A stretch of DNA of 64,000 nt from an uncultured Clostridia bacterium (GCA_944362705.1 CALVTO010000002.1:230284-294283); one strand, 5' to 3'. Counted from the stretch's first letter, positions 1 through 10,159 are shown. The notes: generated from the letters alone by a model not told the origin. Numbers and translations are program-made.

Positions 1-354
1 AGAAATATGCTCTTTTTTCATAACGCTTTCAAAAGCTTTATACCTTAGTTCTCGACACGCTTGTTCCAATGTATAACCATGCTGTTTGGCGTAGGCAGGC
101 GCTTGCACATTTTGCACAAAGCAAGGTAACCCATACTTTTTACAGTACGCTTGTACAAAGCGTGCGTCTTCTACACTTTGTTCGCCCCTTACCCCATGCT
201 CTACATGCACGACCACAATTTCTAGCGAATGTGTTTGCGCATACGCTTGCAATAAAGAAAGTAGCACCATGGAATCTGCGCCACCACTGACGCCCACTGC
301 TACTTTTTGAATGTTTTTTAAACAAAATTCTACACTTTTATGTAATTGCGACAT
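1..354 (-). CDS. tilS: tRNA(Ile)-lysidine synthetase, N-terminal part (runs off window start)
   Basis: Own translation from ATG 354: MSQLHK...VAVGVSGGADSMVLL...VHVEHGVRGEQS...EQACRELRY; PP-loop SGGxDS; follows spoIIE as in Bacillus. Confidence 0.93.
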   Translation of the reverse strand, partial: MSQLHKSVEFCLKNIQKVAVGVSGGADSMVLLSLLQAYAQTHSLEIVVVHVEHGVRGEQSVEDARFVQAYCKKYGLPCFVQNVQAPAYAKQHGYTLEQACRELRYKAFESVMKKEHIS

Positions 355-396
355 ACTTTTTCCTTTTTTTTAGTATACGCAACTTTTTTAAGAAAA

Positions 397-2679
397 TCAA
401 CTATTCGGTATAACGCGGAACGCAATGACCGTCATATCATCTTCTGGCGCTTGTTTTGCACGCGCCAAACTTTCTTCCAGTACGCTTTCGGCAAGCATTT
501 GCATATTACGCAACCTTTCCCCCGCAACAAATTCCAAAAAAGCGCGTGGGTTTTCAAAGGTATCGGTTACGCCATCGGAAGCAAGAACTATCACGTCGCC
601 CGCTTTTGCGTAGCGATCGATGCTTTTACACGAAGCACTTTGTACAATACCTAAAGGTAAATTTTCGCCCTGAATAAGTTCAGCGGTTTGATTACTTTCA
701 TATACGCTTACACTGCTTCCAAATTTTAAAAAGTGCACCGTTTGCGCTATGGTATCTACTAAACAAATATCCATAGCAGAAAAGTTTTCCGATTTATTGC
801 CTGCTAATAAGCCATTGATATTGGCAACAATGGTAGCCGTATCAAACCCAATGGCGTACATTTGCTCTACGAGTTCAATCGTTTGCGAACTATACGCATG
901 CGCCACTTTACCATGCCCTTTGCCATCGGAAAGCACAAGCAAATACTTGCCTTCGGGAAGCGCTTTCATGGTATATGTATCACCACTAACAACAGCCTTA
1001 TGTTTCCCTATGCTTGCGGTGCCAAATACGACATCAATTTTAGGAGCAATTTTGCATTGCACAATCTTCCAACCCACCATAGGCGCGGATATAACATCGC
1101 TCACAAAAAGACGCACATGAAATAACCTAGATAAACTTTCCACCAACCGTGGGTTTTGCACGTCGGCTGTTGGTATTTGCACAAATATAGACTGTAACTG
1201 ATTGCCAACGCGTTGTGCAAAGGCTTCGCTTACTGTAATATTATGGTACCTTAGCTCTTCGGTGATGGCACGCGCCACTGACGTGTCTATTTTTGACTGT
1301 TTGGGCATCATTTCTATAAGTTTCATTAGCGTTTGTTGCATGCCCTGCAAATGTTCGGATAAAGCCTGCTTTTGCGTGTTTTCATTCTCTACCAACATTT
1401 GAAAACTTGAAAATCTTACAGCTCCGCTTGCTATATGCGCTACCATGTTTGCAAGCATCACGCAATGCTCTTGCATAACTGGGGAAACATCTTGTACAGA
1501 TAAACTTCCTTGCGTTAAACCTTGCTTAGCCATAGCGCATATTTCTGCGTACATTTGCGCTTCTGCGTTTTCAAAACAATAAAAATACTTAGGACACTGT
1601 TTACAATATTTTTGCAACGTATCTTTTACCAATACGTCTTGCGCTTCGGTGGCGGTAAGTTTGTTGGTAACAAACTGTGTATATGTTTTTTGCATTTTTT
1701 GGTATGTATCGGCTAATAATTGCAACTTATTTTTAAGCAATAATCTTTCCGCCTGAAAGAGTGCAGACTGCATAACAGGCTGACTTCTTCCCATTTGTTG
1801 TTGAAATTTTGCCAGCCATTTTTCGGGCAAAACAGCATACACGAAACAAGGAAGCACAACAAGCGCGACATGTACATACGAATAGGAAGCGTAGCCATTA
1901 AAAAATATACCTAAACAAATGTCCACACTTACAACATACAACGCACTTGCCCAACGTTTTTTGCCACCGACAATGAGTGCAATGGCTTGAAGACCAAAAA
2001 GTGCAATATAGCTAATGCCACCTGCAAAGAAAGCCACGCCTATGCCCATAACCACAGAAAGCGCTAACGTAAACGCATTGCCTTGCAATACATACGCTAC
2101 CATAAGCGCAAGTAATGAAAGTACTGCCACCAAAGGCGTATCTACAATATATACATTGCATAGCCCCAGTGTTAGCGCCATAACAAACACCGCACCACAA
2201 ACCTTTTCGTCGAGTGTGAGTGGTGTAGATGCCCCACGCGTTTTAAGTGCAGAAAACACCGTGGCGCAAGCATAAAAGAACATAATACTTAAACTTAGTT
2301 CTACAATTTTTAAGGCAAGTTGTGTAAAAGTTTGCGTATAAAAATAAAGTTGACCGGCATACCCTACGCACGCATACAGCATAAGCACCCATATTGGCAT
2401 ACGCTTTTTGATAACCGCGTGAAGCACCCATGCAAACAAAAGTACAATGCTGGTTAAAACGCTACAAATGAGCATAGACCATGTAGGAAAAACTAAAATT
2501 TTTGAAACAATATAAACAGGAATAATAAATAAAGGGCTTGTACGCACAAACAATAGTGCCCAAGCAAAGCCTTCAGCAAATGGAGAAAACAAATGCATCA
2601 TTTGCGCCCGTGCGCAAATATACATGCAAATTGCGCAGGCAACAAAATACAAACCTTTATATATAGAATTTCGTTTCAT
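397..2679 (-). CDS. spoIIE: Stage II sporulation protein E (membrane PP2C phosphatase)
   Basis: About 10 N-terminal TM segments, CxxC..C region, PP2C motifs SGD, SDGKGHG, ASDG, DDMT; synteny with yabPQ/divIC/tilS. Confidence 0.88.
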   Translation of the reverse strand: MKRNSIYKGLYFVACAICMYICARAQMMHLFSPFAEGFAWALLFVRTSPLFIIPVYIVSKILVFPTWSMLICSVLTSIVLLFAWVLHAVIKKRMPIWVLMLYACVGYAGQLYFYTQTFTQLALKIVELSLSIMFFYACATVFSALKTRGASTPLTLDEKVCGAVFVMALTLGLCNVYIVDTPLVAVLSLLALMVAYVLQGNAFTLALSVVMGIGVAFFAGGISYIALFGLQAIALIVGGKKRWASALYVVSVDICLGIFFNGYASYSYVHVALVVLPCFVYAVLPEKWLAKFQQQMGRSQPVMQSALFQAERLLLKNKLQLLADTYQKMQKTYTQFVTNKLTATEAQDVLVKDTLQKYCKQCPKYFYCFENAEAQMYAEICAMAKQGLTQGSLSVQDVSPVMQEHCVMLANMVAHIASGAVRFSSFQMLVENENTQKQALSEHLQGMQQTLMKLIEMMPKQSKIDTSVARAITEELRYHNITVSEAFAQRVGNQLQSIFVQIPTADVQNPRLVESLSRLFHVRLFVSDVISAPMVGWKIVQCKIAPKIDVVFGTASIGKHKAVVSGDTYTMKALPEGKYLLVLSDGKGHGKVAHAYSSQTIELVEQMYAIGFDTATIVANINGLLAGNKSENFSAMDICLVDTIAQTVHFLKFGSSVSVYESNQTAELIQGENLPLGIVQSASCKSIDRYAKAGDVIVLASDGVTDTFENPRAFLEFVAGERLRNMQMLAESVLEESLARAKQAPEDDMTVIAFRVIPNS

Positions 2680-2786
2680 ACCAAACCTCTTGGTATTACT
2701 TTACAAAAATTACCTGAACTTTGCGCATAAAAAAAAGGGACTATTTTGTACCTTTTTACCCAATATTTGCGTAATTTACCTATTTA

Positions 2787-3131
2787 TTAGCGATGAGGTA
2801 TACCATTATTTTGTGCCGAAGCTTGTCGTTTAGATTCTTTTTCTAATAAAGTAATATCTTGTAAAGTAAAATCTTGACCCTGTTTTAATTTTTGCGAAAG
2901 TTGTTGCACAACAACCGATGTTGCCATAAACTCTGGCAAATGCAAGCGCCTGCATAGCACAAGCCCCCTTAAACTACTTTTTTGCGGAATAAGTATTTCT
3001 GGGTGCAAAATGGGTTTTATTTGATCGGCTTGTGCATGCACAATAATAATGCCTTCTTCATTATGTTCGGCATCGTGCTGTACAAAGTATTTTAATTCAG
3101 GTGGATAAAATGCAATAGGAATTTTTACCAT
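2787..3131 (-). CDS. Hypothetical protein
   Basis: 114-aa ORF with GGAGGG SD; 13 bp downstream of the 3145 gene. Confidence 0.6.
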   Translation of the reverse strand: MVKIPIAFYPPELKYFVQHDAEHNEEGIIIVHAQADQIKPILHPEILIPQKSSLRGLVLCRRLHLPEFMATSVVVQQLSQKLKQGQDFTLQDITLLEKESKRQASAQNNGIPHR

Positions 3132-3144
3132 AACACCCTCCTTA

Positions 3145-4299
3145 TTATTTTTGTCTTTCTATATAAGATTGATACGTTTTTACAAATGTATTTTGCGCTT
3201 CGCTATCAAAAATTCGCATGGCCGCCAATGTCGTGTTATTTATAATTTGTTTATTATTCTTTGCACACTCTTCTCTGGTAAAACCACCCGATTTATGTAA
3301 AATTGCAGTTGCACCTTTTATATATTTTACCATAGGTATAGGCACACTTATGGTACGTTGTATGTAATCTTTCATACTTTCTTCTTGTGCAGGTTTATCG
3401 GTTGTAAATACATACTCTTGATGCGTATATGGCGTTATATTGTGGAACGCTTTTTCACCTTGATCACTTAAACAAACATGCTCTAAATCTGCCACTGGAT
3501 ACATACATGTCGCTAAGTTATACCCCTCAACCCCATTTTCAGCACTCCAAAACGCGTCGTTTAGATAGGTCCCTTGCACCCCATATACGTCGTCTTGAAT
3601 GTCAATGCTATTCAGCGCGTGAGACGGTTTATAGGTTTGCGTTGTTGCGTTATAGCCATCAAATAATTCTATCGAACAGGAAAGCCCCGGCATTTGTAGT
3701 GCGTCGATAACCGCTTTTGTCCAGTGTGCATACGAAACGCATACAAACCCTTGATTATGATAGTAAGAAAGAATAGAACGATTATATTCTGCCCAAGTTT
3801 CGTTTTTAGAGTGGCCATCAAGACAATCGTTGCTCATGGAGCCTAATGTTTGATGAATAAACAAAACACTTTCAAAGGGCGTTAGTTGCAAATTTTTTAT
3901 TTCTTTTACTATATCTTGAATTAACTCGTTTGCCCATACAACTTGCTGGTAAGGCCAATAAAAATGCGGGTTATAGGCAGAGTAACCTAAACTTGGTTGT
4001 TGATATTTTTGTAAAATTTGGTTAATTGTATCACACGTTTGAAGTTGCTGTTCGTTACATGTATAAGGAACGGCATCTTGCTTGCTTCGGTTTCCGCCGG
4101 CATCGTATACCACAAACTGCACACTTTGTTGTTTTTCAAACATATATTTTGCAATGTTTTCTATGCGCTGTAGATGATTTTCTGTAATAGGCTCAGATGC
4201 ATCAATAGAAACAATGAGCTGCTCATCTGGTTTTAGTTTTAATAGCATACCATATAAAGAAGATGGCACACATTGGTCAGAAAATACGTAATTTTTCAT
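3145..4299 (-). CDS. Orphan protein with transglutaminase-like Cys-His-Asp motif
   Basis: Start moved to ATG 4299 (GAGGTG SD); motifs GFVCVSYA...SHALNSI...YLNDAFW. Confidence 0.6.
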   Translation of the reverse strand: MKNYVFSDQCVPSSLYGMLLKLKPDEQLIVSIDASEPITENHLQRIENIAKYMFEKQQSVQFVVYDAGGNRSKQDAVPYTCNEQQLQTCDTINQILQKYQQPSLGYSAYNPHFYWPYQQVVWANELIQDIVKEIKNLQLTPFESVLFIHQTLGSMSNDCLDGHSKNETWAEYNRSILSYYHNQGFVCVSYAHWTKAVIDALQMPGLSCSIELFDGYNATTQTYKPSHALNSIDIQDDVYGVQGTYLNDAFWSAENGVEGYNLATCMYPVADLEHVCLSDQGEKAFHNITPYTHQEYVFTTDKPAQEESMKDYIQRTISVPIPMVKYIKGATAILHKSGGFTREECAKNNKQIINNTTLAAMRIFDSEAQNTFVKTYQSYIERQK

Positions 4300-4349
4300 A
4301 AAACACCTCATAAAAATTGTACACGCATTTTCTCCATTCGTCAAGGCAT

Positions 4350-4375
4350 AAAAAAACCACTACCTTTGTAGTGGT
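4350..4375 (-). terminator. Intrinsic terminator of tRNA operon
   Basis: ACCACTAC/GTAGTGGT stem followed by T7 on the minus strand, just after tRNA-Val. Confidence 0.8.
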
Positions 4376-4378
4376 GCT

Positions 4379-4454
4379 TGGTGGGAACTATAGGACTCGA
4401 ACCTATGACCGCCTGCTTGTAAGGCAGATGCTCTACCAACTGAGCTAAACTCCC
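4379..4454 (-). tRNA. tRNA-Val(TAC)
   Basis: Cloverleaf GGGAGTTTAGCTCAG...CTTACAA loop...GTTCGAGTC...CCCACCA. Confidence 0.95.
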
Positions 4455-4460
4455 AAAATG

Positions 4461-4535
4461 TGGTGACCCCAGGGAGGTTCGAACTCCCGATACCGCCGTG
4501 AAAGGGCGATGTCTTAACCACTTGACCATGGGGCC
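4461..4535 (-). tRNA. tRNA-Glu(TTC)
   Basis: GGCCCCATGGTCAAGTGG...CTTTCAC loop...GGTCACCA. Confidence 0.95.
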
Positions 4536-4540
4536 GTATT

Positions 4541-4617
4541 TGGTAGCGACGGACGGATTTGAACCATCGACCTGCTGGGTATGAACCAGACGCTCTAGCC
4601 AACTGAGCTACGTCGCC
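4541..4617 (-). tRNA. tRNA-Met(CAT), elongator type
   Basis: GGCGACGTAGCTCAG...TTCATAC loop...GCTACCA; resembles Firmicute elongator tRNA-Met. Confidence 0.9.
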
Positions 4618-4623
4618 AAACAA

Positions 4624-4701
4624 TGGTTGCGGGGGCGGGATTTGAACCACGCGACCTTTGGGTTATGAGCCCAACGAGCTTCCGGACTGCTCTACCCCGC
4701 G
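4624..4701 (-). tRNA. Initiator tRNA-fMet(CAT)
   Basis: C1:A72 mismatch, three G:C pairs closing the anticodon stem, CTCATAA loop; one extra T in the T-stem. Confidence 0.92.
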
Positions 4702-4729
4702 ACGCAACTATGCAAAACATAGCCCTCTA

Positions 4730-4759
4730 ATAATACAAAAGACACGGTAGGTTTGTCAA
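4730..4759 (-). promoter_or_regulatory. sigmaA promoter of tRNA operon
   Basis: TTGACA-18-TATTAT upstream of tRNA-fMet. Confidence 0.65.
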
Positions 4760-4774
4760 CACTTTTTTAAAAAT

Positions 4775-5056
4775 TTATTGAAAAACATAAATTACTTCGC
4801 CGTCTTTTATTTTACCCATTTCTTCTCGAGCGTAATCTTCGGCAAATGTAGGGTCTTCTCTATTGGCAATACCGTTTAACAAATCTTCTCTTTGTTGCTG
4901 TTTTTGTGCAATGCTTTCATCTAACGCCTTAGCTTGCGCTTTTAAACGATGCAAATACACATACTGAAACATAATCACAAAAAGCAAAACCACAAAAAGT
5001 ATGGTTAAGCATATAGTTGTTATTTTAACTGTTTGTTTTAATTGAGATTGCGTCAT
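4775..5056 (-). CDS. divIC: Septum formation initiator (DivIC/FtsB family)
   Basis: One TM, coiled coil, DPxFAEDYARExMGxxxDGE motif; follows yabQ. Confidence 0.85.
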   Translation of the reverse strand: MTQSQLKQTVKITTICLTILFVVLLFVIMFQYVYLHRLKAQAKALDESIAQKQQQREDLLNGIANREDPTFAEDYAREEMGKIKDGEVIYVFQ

Positions 5057-5061
5057 TTTTT

Positions 5062-5430
5062 TTACCGTAAAACCTTTTTTACAAACGCCGATTGTTTTAC
5101 TTTTTTTCTTACGTTTGCGGTTTTAGTATACACAATATGCAAAAGTTTGGCAAATAAAAAACCAAAACTTACGCGTTCTAATAAAAAACCTAACCAAAAT
5201 GCTACAAGTTGGTACATGTAAAAAGCGCCTTGGGTTGTATGCAACAAACTAAGAAAAAATAACATTCCGCTAGTAAAAAATACAAAAAAATCGACCAATA
5301 AGGTGATAAAAAACTTATGCAAAAAAAGCGCGCGCACGAATTTGCCTACTTCGTACACTACACCAAATAAGCAACCAAAGCCCACACAATATAAAAAAAT
5401 AGATGCTTGCGCCTGCGCCACGACCAACAT
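5062..5430 (-). CDS. yabQ: Spore cortex biosynthesis protein YabQ family
   Basis: Three TM segments, QxxxFLxxxxxG start, position between yabP and divIC. Confidence 0.78.
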   Translation of the reverse strand: MLVVAQAQASIFLYCVGFGCLFGVVYEVGKFVRALFLHKFFITLLVDFFVFFTSGMLFFLSLLHTTQGAFYMYQLVAFWLGFLLERVSFGFLFAKLLHIVYTKTANVRKKVKQSAFVKKVLR

Positions 5431-5708
5431 TATTGAAACAACCTTTTAAATAACGATTTTTTGCTTTTTGCGCTTGTATATACCACGCCCCCAATTTGCC
5501 CTGTTACAGCAAGTTCTCCCGTTGCAATATCTAGTTTTTCCACATGCAACTGTTCGCCAGTAATTTTTAACGCACCCTTACAAGATTTTGCAAAAATTTC
5601 TTTTTCTGTAGCACGAATAACATCTTCAATGCCTGACATTTGCAACTGTGCTCTATTTTCAAAGTGCACGGTGTGTTGTTTGTGTTTTTGTTCAACTTGT
5701 TCTACCAT
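5430..5708 (-). CDS. yabP: Sporulation protein YabP/YqfC family
   Basis: HTVxFENRxxLxMSGIEDV...LKITGxxLHVEKLD...SLFKRLF. Confidence 0.88.
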   Translation of the reverse strand: MVEQVEQKHKQHTVHFENRAQLQMSGIEDVIRATEKEIFAKSCKGALKITGEQLHVEKLDIATGELAVTGQIGGVVYTSAKSKKSLFKRLFQ

Positions 5709-5725
5709 AATTTCTCCTTTACTTT

Positions 5726-5733
5726 ATTGTATG
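5726..5733 (-). promoter_or_regulatory. sigmaE/sigmaK-type -10 element for yabP
   Basis: CATACAAT 17 nt before the ATG; yabP is sigmaE-dependent in Bacillus; -35 element weak. Confidence 0.5.
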
Positions 5734-5777
5734 CACGTACATAAAGAAAAAACACTCATAAAAAAATAGGCACCCGC

Positions 5778-7169
5778 CTATTTTTTTACAATGGTATATT
5801 CAGTTGCTGCATCTTTAATTTCGTACCCTTTGGCTAAAAGGCTTGCACGCAAAGCATCGGCTTCTGCCCAATTTTTTTGTAATTTTGCTTGCCATCTTTT
5901 TTCTGCAAGCTGTTGAATTTCTTCTGGAATTTCTTGTTTTTGATGCGCATCGATAAACGCCAATACGCTAACCGACGGATTTATAAACAACCCAAGTAGC
6001 CCATAGGTTTGACGAATGGCGCGTGCATCTGCTAAGGCGGAAGCGTCGCCCTCTTTTACTTTTTGTTGTAGTGTTTTAAAATAGCCAAACAAATTTGCTA
6101 CAACTTTTGCTGTATTAAAATCGTCGGCCATGGCTTCGTTAAACTCTTTATCAATACTCTCATTTTTCGCAAGTGTTGATGCAAACGCTTGGTCTACATC
6201 TCTTAAAATGCTATGAAAATGGTACATATGCTTTTCTGCTTCTTCAAACAAGCTTTCTGTAATATTGATATCGTTACGGTAATTGGTTTGCAAGAGTGCA
6301 AATTTTACTACTTCTGGGTGCCAACGCTTTTTTAAGTCTTCTAGTAAAATACTATTGCCTAAACTTTTACTCATTTTTTGTCCGTTTACTTTAATTAGGC
6401 CGTTATGCGTCCAATATTTAACAAACGGTTTACCTGTAAGCGCTTCGGTTTGCGCAATTTCATTTTCATGATGTGGGAAAATTAAATCACGACCACCACC
6501 GTGAATATCAATTTGCTCACCAAAGGCTTTTAGGTTCATGGCCGAACATTCTATGTGCCAACCCGGACGCCCTTCACCCCAAGGAGATGGCCAAGAAGGC
6601 TCACCTGGTTTTGCGGATTTCCATAAAGCAAAATCTAGCGGGCTACGTTTTTGCTCGTCGTTATCTATACGAACGCCATGTAAAGATTCTTCTGTGTTGC
6701 GGTTAGAAAGTTTACCATAACCCGGAAAACTTTCTACAGAAAAATACACATCACCATTTTCGGTCACATACGCGTGCCCTTTACGGATAAGTGTTTGCAC
6801 AAAAGCAATAATATCATTTACCGTTTCGGTAGCGCGCAACCAAAGGTTGGGTTCATCTATTTGAAAATATTGCATAATTTCATCAATATTTTGAATCATT
6901 TGTTGCGCATACAATTTAGCATCGGTATGCGTTTGGTTTGCAGCCGCTATAATTTTATCATCTATATCGGTATAATTACGTGCATAGGTAACGTTATACC
7001 CTTGTTTTTCTAAAAATTTACGGAAAATATCATAAATATATGCCTGATACAAATGCCCGATATGCGCTTTACCTGAAACAGTTATACCGCATGCATACAT
7101 GGTTACATTAGGCGCGTGCAAAGGCACAAATTCCTGTTTTTGACGAGTAAGTGTGTTATAAATTTTCAT
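5778..7169 (-). CDS. cysS: Cysteine--tRNA ligase
   Basis: MYACGITV, HIGH, NYTDIDDKII, DFALWK, GWHIECSAM, KMSKS. Confidence 0.98.
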   Translation of the reverse strand: MKIYNTLTRQKQEFVPLHAPNVTMYACGITVSGKAHIGHLYQAYIYDIFRKFLEKQGYNVTYARNYTDIDDKIIAAANQTHTDAKLYAQQMIQNIDEIMQYFQIDEPNLWLRATETVNDIIAFVQTLIRKGHAYVTENGDVYFSVESFPGYGKLSNRNTEESLHGVRIDNDEQKRSPLDFALWKSAKPGEPSWPSPWGEGRPGWHIECSAMNLKAFGEQIDIHGGGRDLIFPHHENEIAQTEALTGKPFVKYWTHNGLIKVNGQKMSKSLGNSILLEDLKKRWHPEVVKFALLQTNYRNDINITESLFEEAEKHMYHFHSILRDVDQAFASTLAKNESIDKEFNEAMADDFNTAKVVANLFGYFKTLQQKVKEGDASALADARAIRQTYGLLGLFINPSVSVLAFIDAHQKQEIPEEIQQLAEKRWQAKLQKNWAEADALRASLLAKGYEIKDAATEYTIVKK

Positions 7170-7178
7170 ACGATTCTC

Positions 7179-7577
7179 CTAGTGAATTTTTTGTAATAAA
7201 TTGTTTAATTTTTCGAGCAGTATACACGCTTCCCCTACGTCTTCTATTTCTAAATTTTCAATGCTTTTCATTTTTTCTGTAAGCATTGCGTTACCTTTTT
7301 CCGTTATTGTATAAAAAATTTCTTTTTTATTATGTTCATCTTTGCCTTTTTCTATAAGACCTTGAGAAATCATATCGCTGGCAATAAGCGCTAAATTGCT
7401 TTTAGCGAGTACCAATTCTTTAATAAGTAGTTTTGGCGAGGTTTTTCCATTTTTTTTGATGATATACAAAATTTGATATTTTACAGTAAAAAGACCCGAG
7501 TTCTCGGCTTTGCCTTCCGAAAGACGATCGGTGAGTATTTTTGTATAAATAAGGTCTTTTGCAAACTGCTCTTTCAT
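7179..7577 (-). CDS. MarR-family winged-helix regulator
   Basis: Start at ATG 7577 (GAGG SD); C-terminal D..NKK..FYTITEKG wing motif. Confidence 0.75.
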   Translation of the reverse strand: MKEQFAKDLIYTKILTDRLSEGKAENSGLFTVKYQILYIIKKNGKTSPKLLIKELVLAKSNLALIASDMISQGLIEKGKDEHNKKEIFYTITEKGNAMLTEKMKSIENLEIEDVGEACILLEKLNNLLQKIH

Positions 7578-7658
7578 TTGTATTTCCTCGTTTACACACA
7601 CATTGTATACTAGCAAACAAAAAAAGTCAAACATGCTATGTTTGACTTTTATAATTTT

Positions 7659-9266
7659 TTACACAACTCTTGTAAAAAGTGGTTCAATATTTGATACATC
7701 TATACCATTTTGCACAAAAATTTCTTGCCATATTACTTCTTTTGGCAACTGCAAAAAGGTTTTTAGTTTTTCACATGTTGCAGGCATAAATGGTGCAAAT
7801 AAATTCGAAAGATTTCCAATAACGTACGCGCAAGAAGCAATAACATTAAAAAATGGCTGTTTATCTTCTTGTTTTGCTTTTAACCATGGCTGTTGCTCAT
7901 CGTAATACTTATTGGTTTCGGCAACTAAATCCATAACCGCAAGTGCTGCTTTTTTAAATTCGAGCGCTTCTATAAGCTCGCCTACATTTTTATACGTTTG
8001 TTGTACTTTTTCTTGTAAAATTTTATCTATTTTGCCTTTTGGCAACGTGGTTAAGCCTTTAAATTTTAAGGTACGGTTAATTAAGTTGCCAAATTTATTC
8101 ACAACTTCGTTATTATGTATGGTTTTATAAAGTTCTAAGGTGAAATTTGCATCTTTTTTCTCTGGCCCGTTAATTGCAAAATAGTAACGCAAAGAATCGG
8201 TGTTATAGGTTTGCGCGTATACAAGTGCTTCACATGGAGTATTAGATGATTTACTTATTTTTTCACCATCTATAAGCAAATATTCTGCCGAAACCATAAT
8301 ATTGTTTGTAATAAAATGGTCGTTTAATGCTGCAAGCATTGCTGGCAAGAACATAGAGTGGAACGGAATATTATCTTTGGCGTGGCACATGTAAATTTTC
8401 TTCTCTACATCGGGTTCTACATCGGTTTTCCAGAATGCGCGCCAATCAAAGCCTTGTTCTTCCCCTAATTTCATGGTGTCGGTAACGTAACCTAATAAAG
8501 CTTCCCACCATACCCAAACGGTTTTATCTTCAAACCCTTTAATGGTAATTGGTATACCCCATTTTAAATCACGTGAAAAATCTCTATCACGCAAGTCACT
8601 TAAATATTTTTTTGTTTCGTTAATGCTATTTGCGCGCCAAATGTTTTCGTTTTTACGCACCATTTCTTCTAATAAATCTTTAAATGCTGTTAGTTTAAAA
8701 ACTAAAACGCGTTGCTCTTTTTGTACGGTTTTTGCGCCACAAACTAAACATGTAGCATTTTCTAAATCTTTTTCCGTTGGAACGTAACCGCAGTCGCAGT
8801 TATCGGCTTTTGAAAGTTTTCCACAAACAGGGCACTTAAATTGTAATTCAGTATCCGCCATAAATTTACCGCATGTTGGGCAATAAGGACGCTTTACAAC
8901 ATTTTCGTAAATATACCCATTTTGATACATTCTTTCAAACATTTCTTGACATTTCTTTTCGTGGTATGGGTCGTACGTAATGCCAAATTTATCAAAGGAA
9001 AAATGAAAAGCTTTTAGCGCTTCTCTAAAATTTTCTGCATATCTATCTACAATTTCCTTTGGCGTGCAACCTTCGGCTTTGGCTTTAAGCTCAGGTTTGG
9101 TTCCGTGCGTATCTACACCCGATACTAAAAGAACTTTATCGCCAACAGCCCTATGATAACGCGCCAAAATATCGCCCGATACAGACGATGCAATGTACCC
9201 TAAATGCAAGTTGTTATTTGCGTATGGCCAGGATACACCAATAACAATATTTCTTTGTTTATTCAT
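7659..9266 (-). CDS. metG: Methionine--tRNA ligase (short form, no C-terminal OB domain)
   Basis: Start at ATG 9266; WPYANxxLHLG, GVDTHG, zinc-knuckle CxxC pairs, SRDLKWGIP, KISKS. Confidence 0.95.
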   Translation of the reverse strand: MNKQRNIVIGVSWPYANNNLHLGYIASSVSGDILARYHRAVGDKVLLVSGVDTHGTKPELKAKAEGCTPKEIVDRYAENFREALKAFHFSFDKFGITYDPYHEKKCQEMFERMYQNGYIYENVVKRPYCPTCGKFMADTELQFKCPVCGKLSKADNCDCGYVPTEKDLENATCLVCGAKTVQKEQRVLVFKLTAFKDLLEEMVRKNENIWRANSINETKKYLSDLRDRDFSRDLKWGIPITIKGFEDKTVWVWWEALLGYVTDTMKLGEEQGFDWRAFWKTDVEPDVEKKIYMCHAKDNIPFHSMFLPAMLAALNDHFITNNIMVSAEYLLIDGEKISKSSNTPCEALVYAQTYNTDSLRYYFAINGPEKKDANFTLELYKTIHNNEVVNKFGNLINRTLKFKGLTTLPKGKIDKILQEKVQQTYKNVGELIEALEFKKAALAVMDLVAETNKYYDEQQPWLKAKQEDKQPFFNVIASCAYVIGNLSNLFAPFMPATCEKLKTFLQLPKEVIWQEIFVQNGIDVSNIEPLFTRVV

Positions 9267-10065
9267 AATGTTCTCCCTTTCGTTGTTTCTGTGATTTTGC
9301 CCACCTTTTACCAACCACTTGCGCAAGTGTTGGCGCAGAAGCAAATTTGCTAGCTTTATATAAAAAGCGGTTAAATGATTTTGGAATAACAAGTTTTTTG
9401 CCTTTTTTATGCGCTTCCCATGCAAGGGACGCCGCTTGTTCTGCCGTTAAGCTTGATTTTTTACCTGCCCAACCCTGTGACCGAATGGCTTCAACCATGG
9501 CCTGCGTTGTATATATGCCACTAGGCATAAACACGGTAGAATGCACTTGCTGATGCTTTAATTCTTCCCCTAAAGAAAGCATAAAAGACGTTAAAAAACT
9601 TTTTGTTGCTGCGTATATGCCCATATGGGGCATTGGATACGCCGCCGCCAAACTAGAAATAGTTAAAAAATAAAATGGTTCCTGCGCGTTTCGAGATGAA
9701 AGTGCCAATTGCGCTATATGCACCGCACTTTCTACGTTTACGCGCACGGCTTGCAAGTTGGTTTCTATGCTATGCGATAAAAAGTCACCTTCTAAAATAC
9801 AACCGGCGTTTAAAATAACCCTATGTAACATAATTTGTTTTTGTTGCATGTATGCAAAGAGTTGCGTTCGGTTATCTTCGTTTGTTAAATCACACGCGTA
9901 TATTTCAACATTGGCGTTATACGCTTCTTTTAATTGGTTTTGTAATTGTTCTAGTTTTTGCGCATTCGTGGCGGTTAAAACCAAAGGCTCGTTTTGTTTT
10001 GCCAAAAGGTGTGCAAAAGCCATGCCTAAACCGCCCGTGGCGCCAGTTAAAAGTGTATAGTACAT
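9259..10065 (-). CDS. SDR family oxidoreductase
   Basis: TGATGGLG, NAG, ISS, YAATK. Confidence 0.92.
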   Translation of the reverse strand: MYYTLLTGATGGLGMAFAHLLAKQNEPLVLTATNAQKLEQLQNQLKEAYNANVEIYACDLTNEDNRTQLFAYMQQKQIMLHRVILNAGCILEGDFLSHSIETNLQAVRVNVESAVHIAQLALSSRNAQEPFYFLTISSLAAAYPMPHMGIYAATKSFLTSFMLSLGEELKHQQVHSTVFMPSGIYTTQAMVEAIRSQGWAGKKSSLTAEQAASLAWEAHKKGKKLVIPKSFNRFLYKASKFASAPTLAQVVGKRWAKSQKQRKGEHYE

Positions 10066-10159
10066 AAATATCCTCTCGTGTTATTATAAACGCTTGTGTG
10101 TGGTTTTGCAAGAAAAAAGAGTGCGTTTGCACCCCTTTATCTTGCTTTATAGCAACGTA

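Noticed and set aside
4341-4650. ORFs 4341-4529 and 4360-4650
   Set aside because: They lie over tRNA genes and are shadow translations
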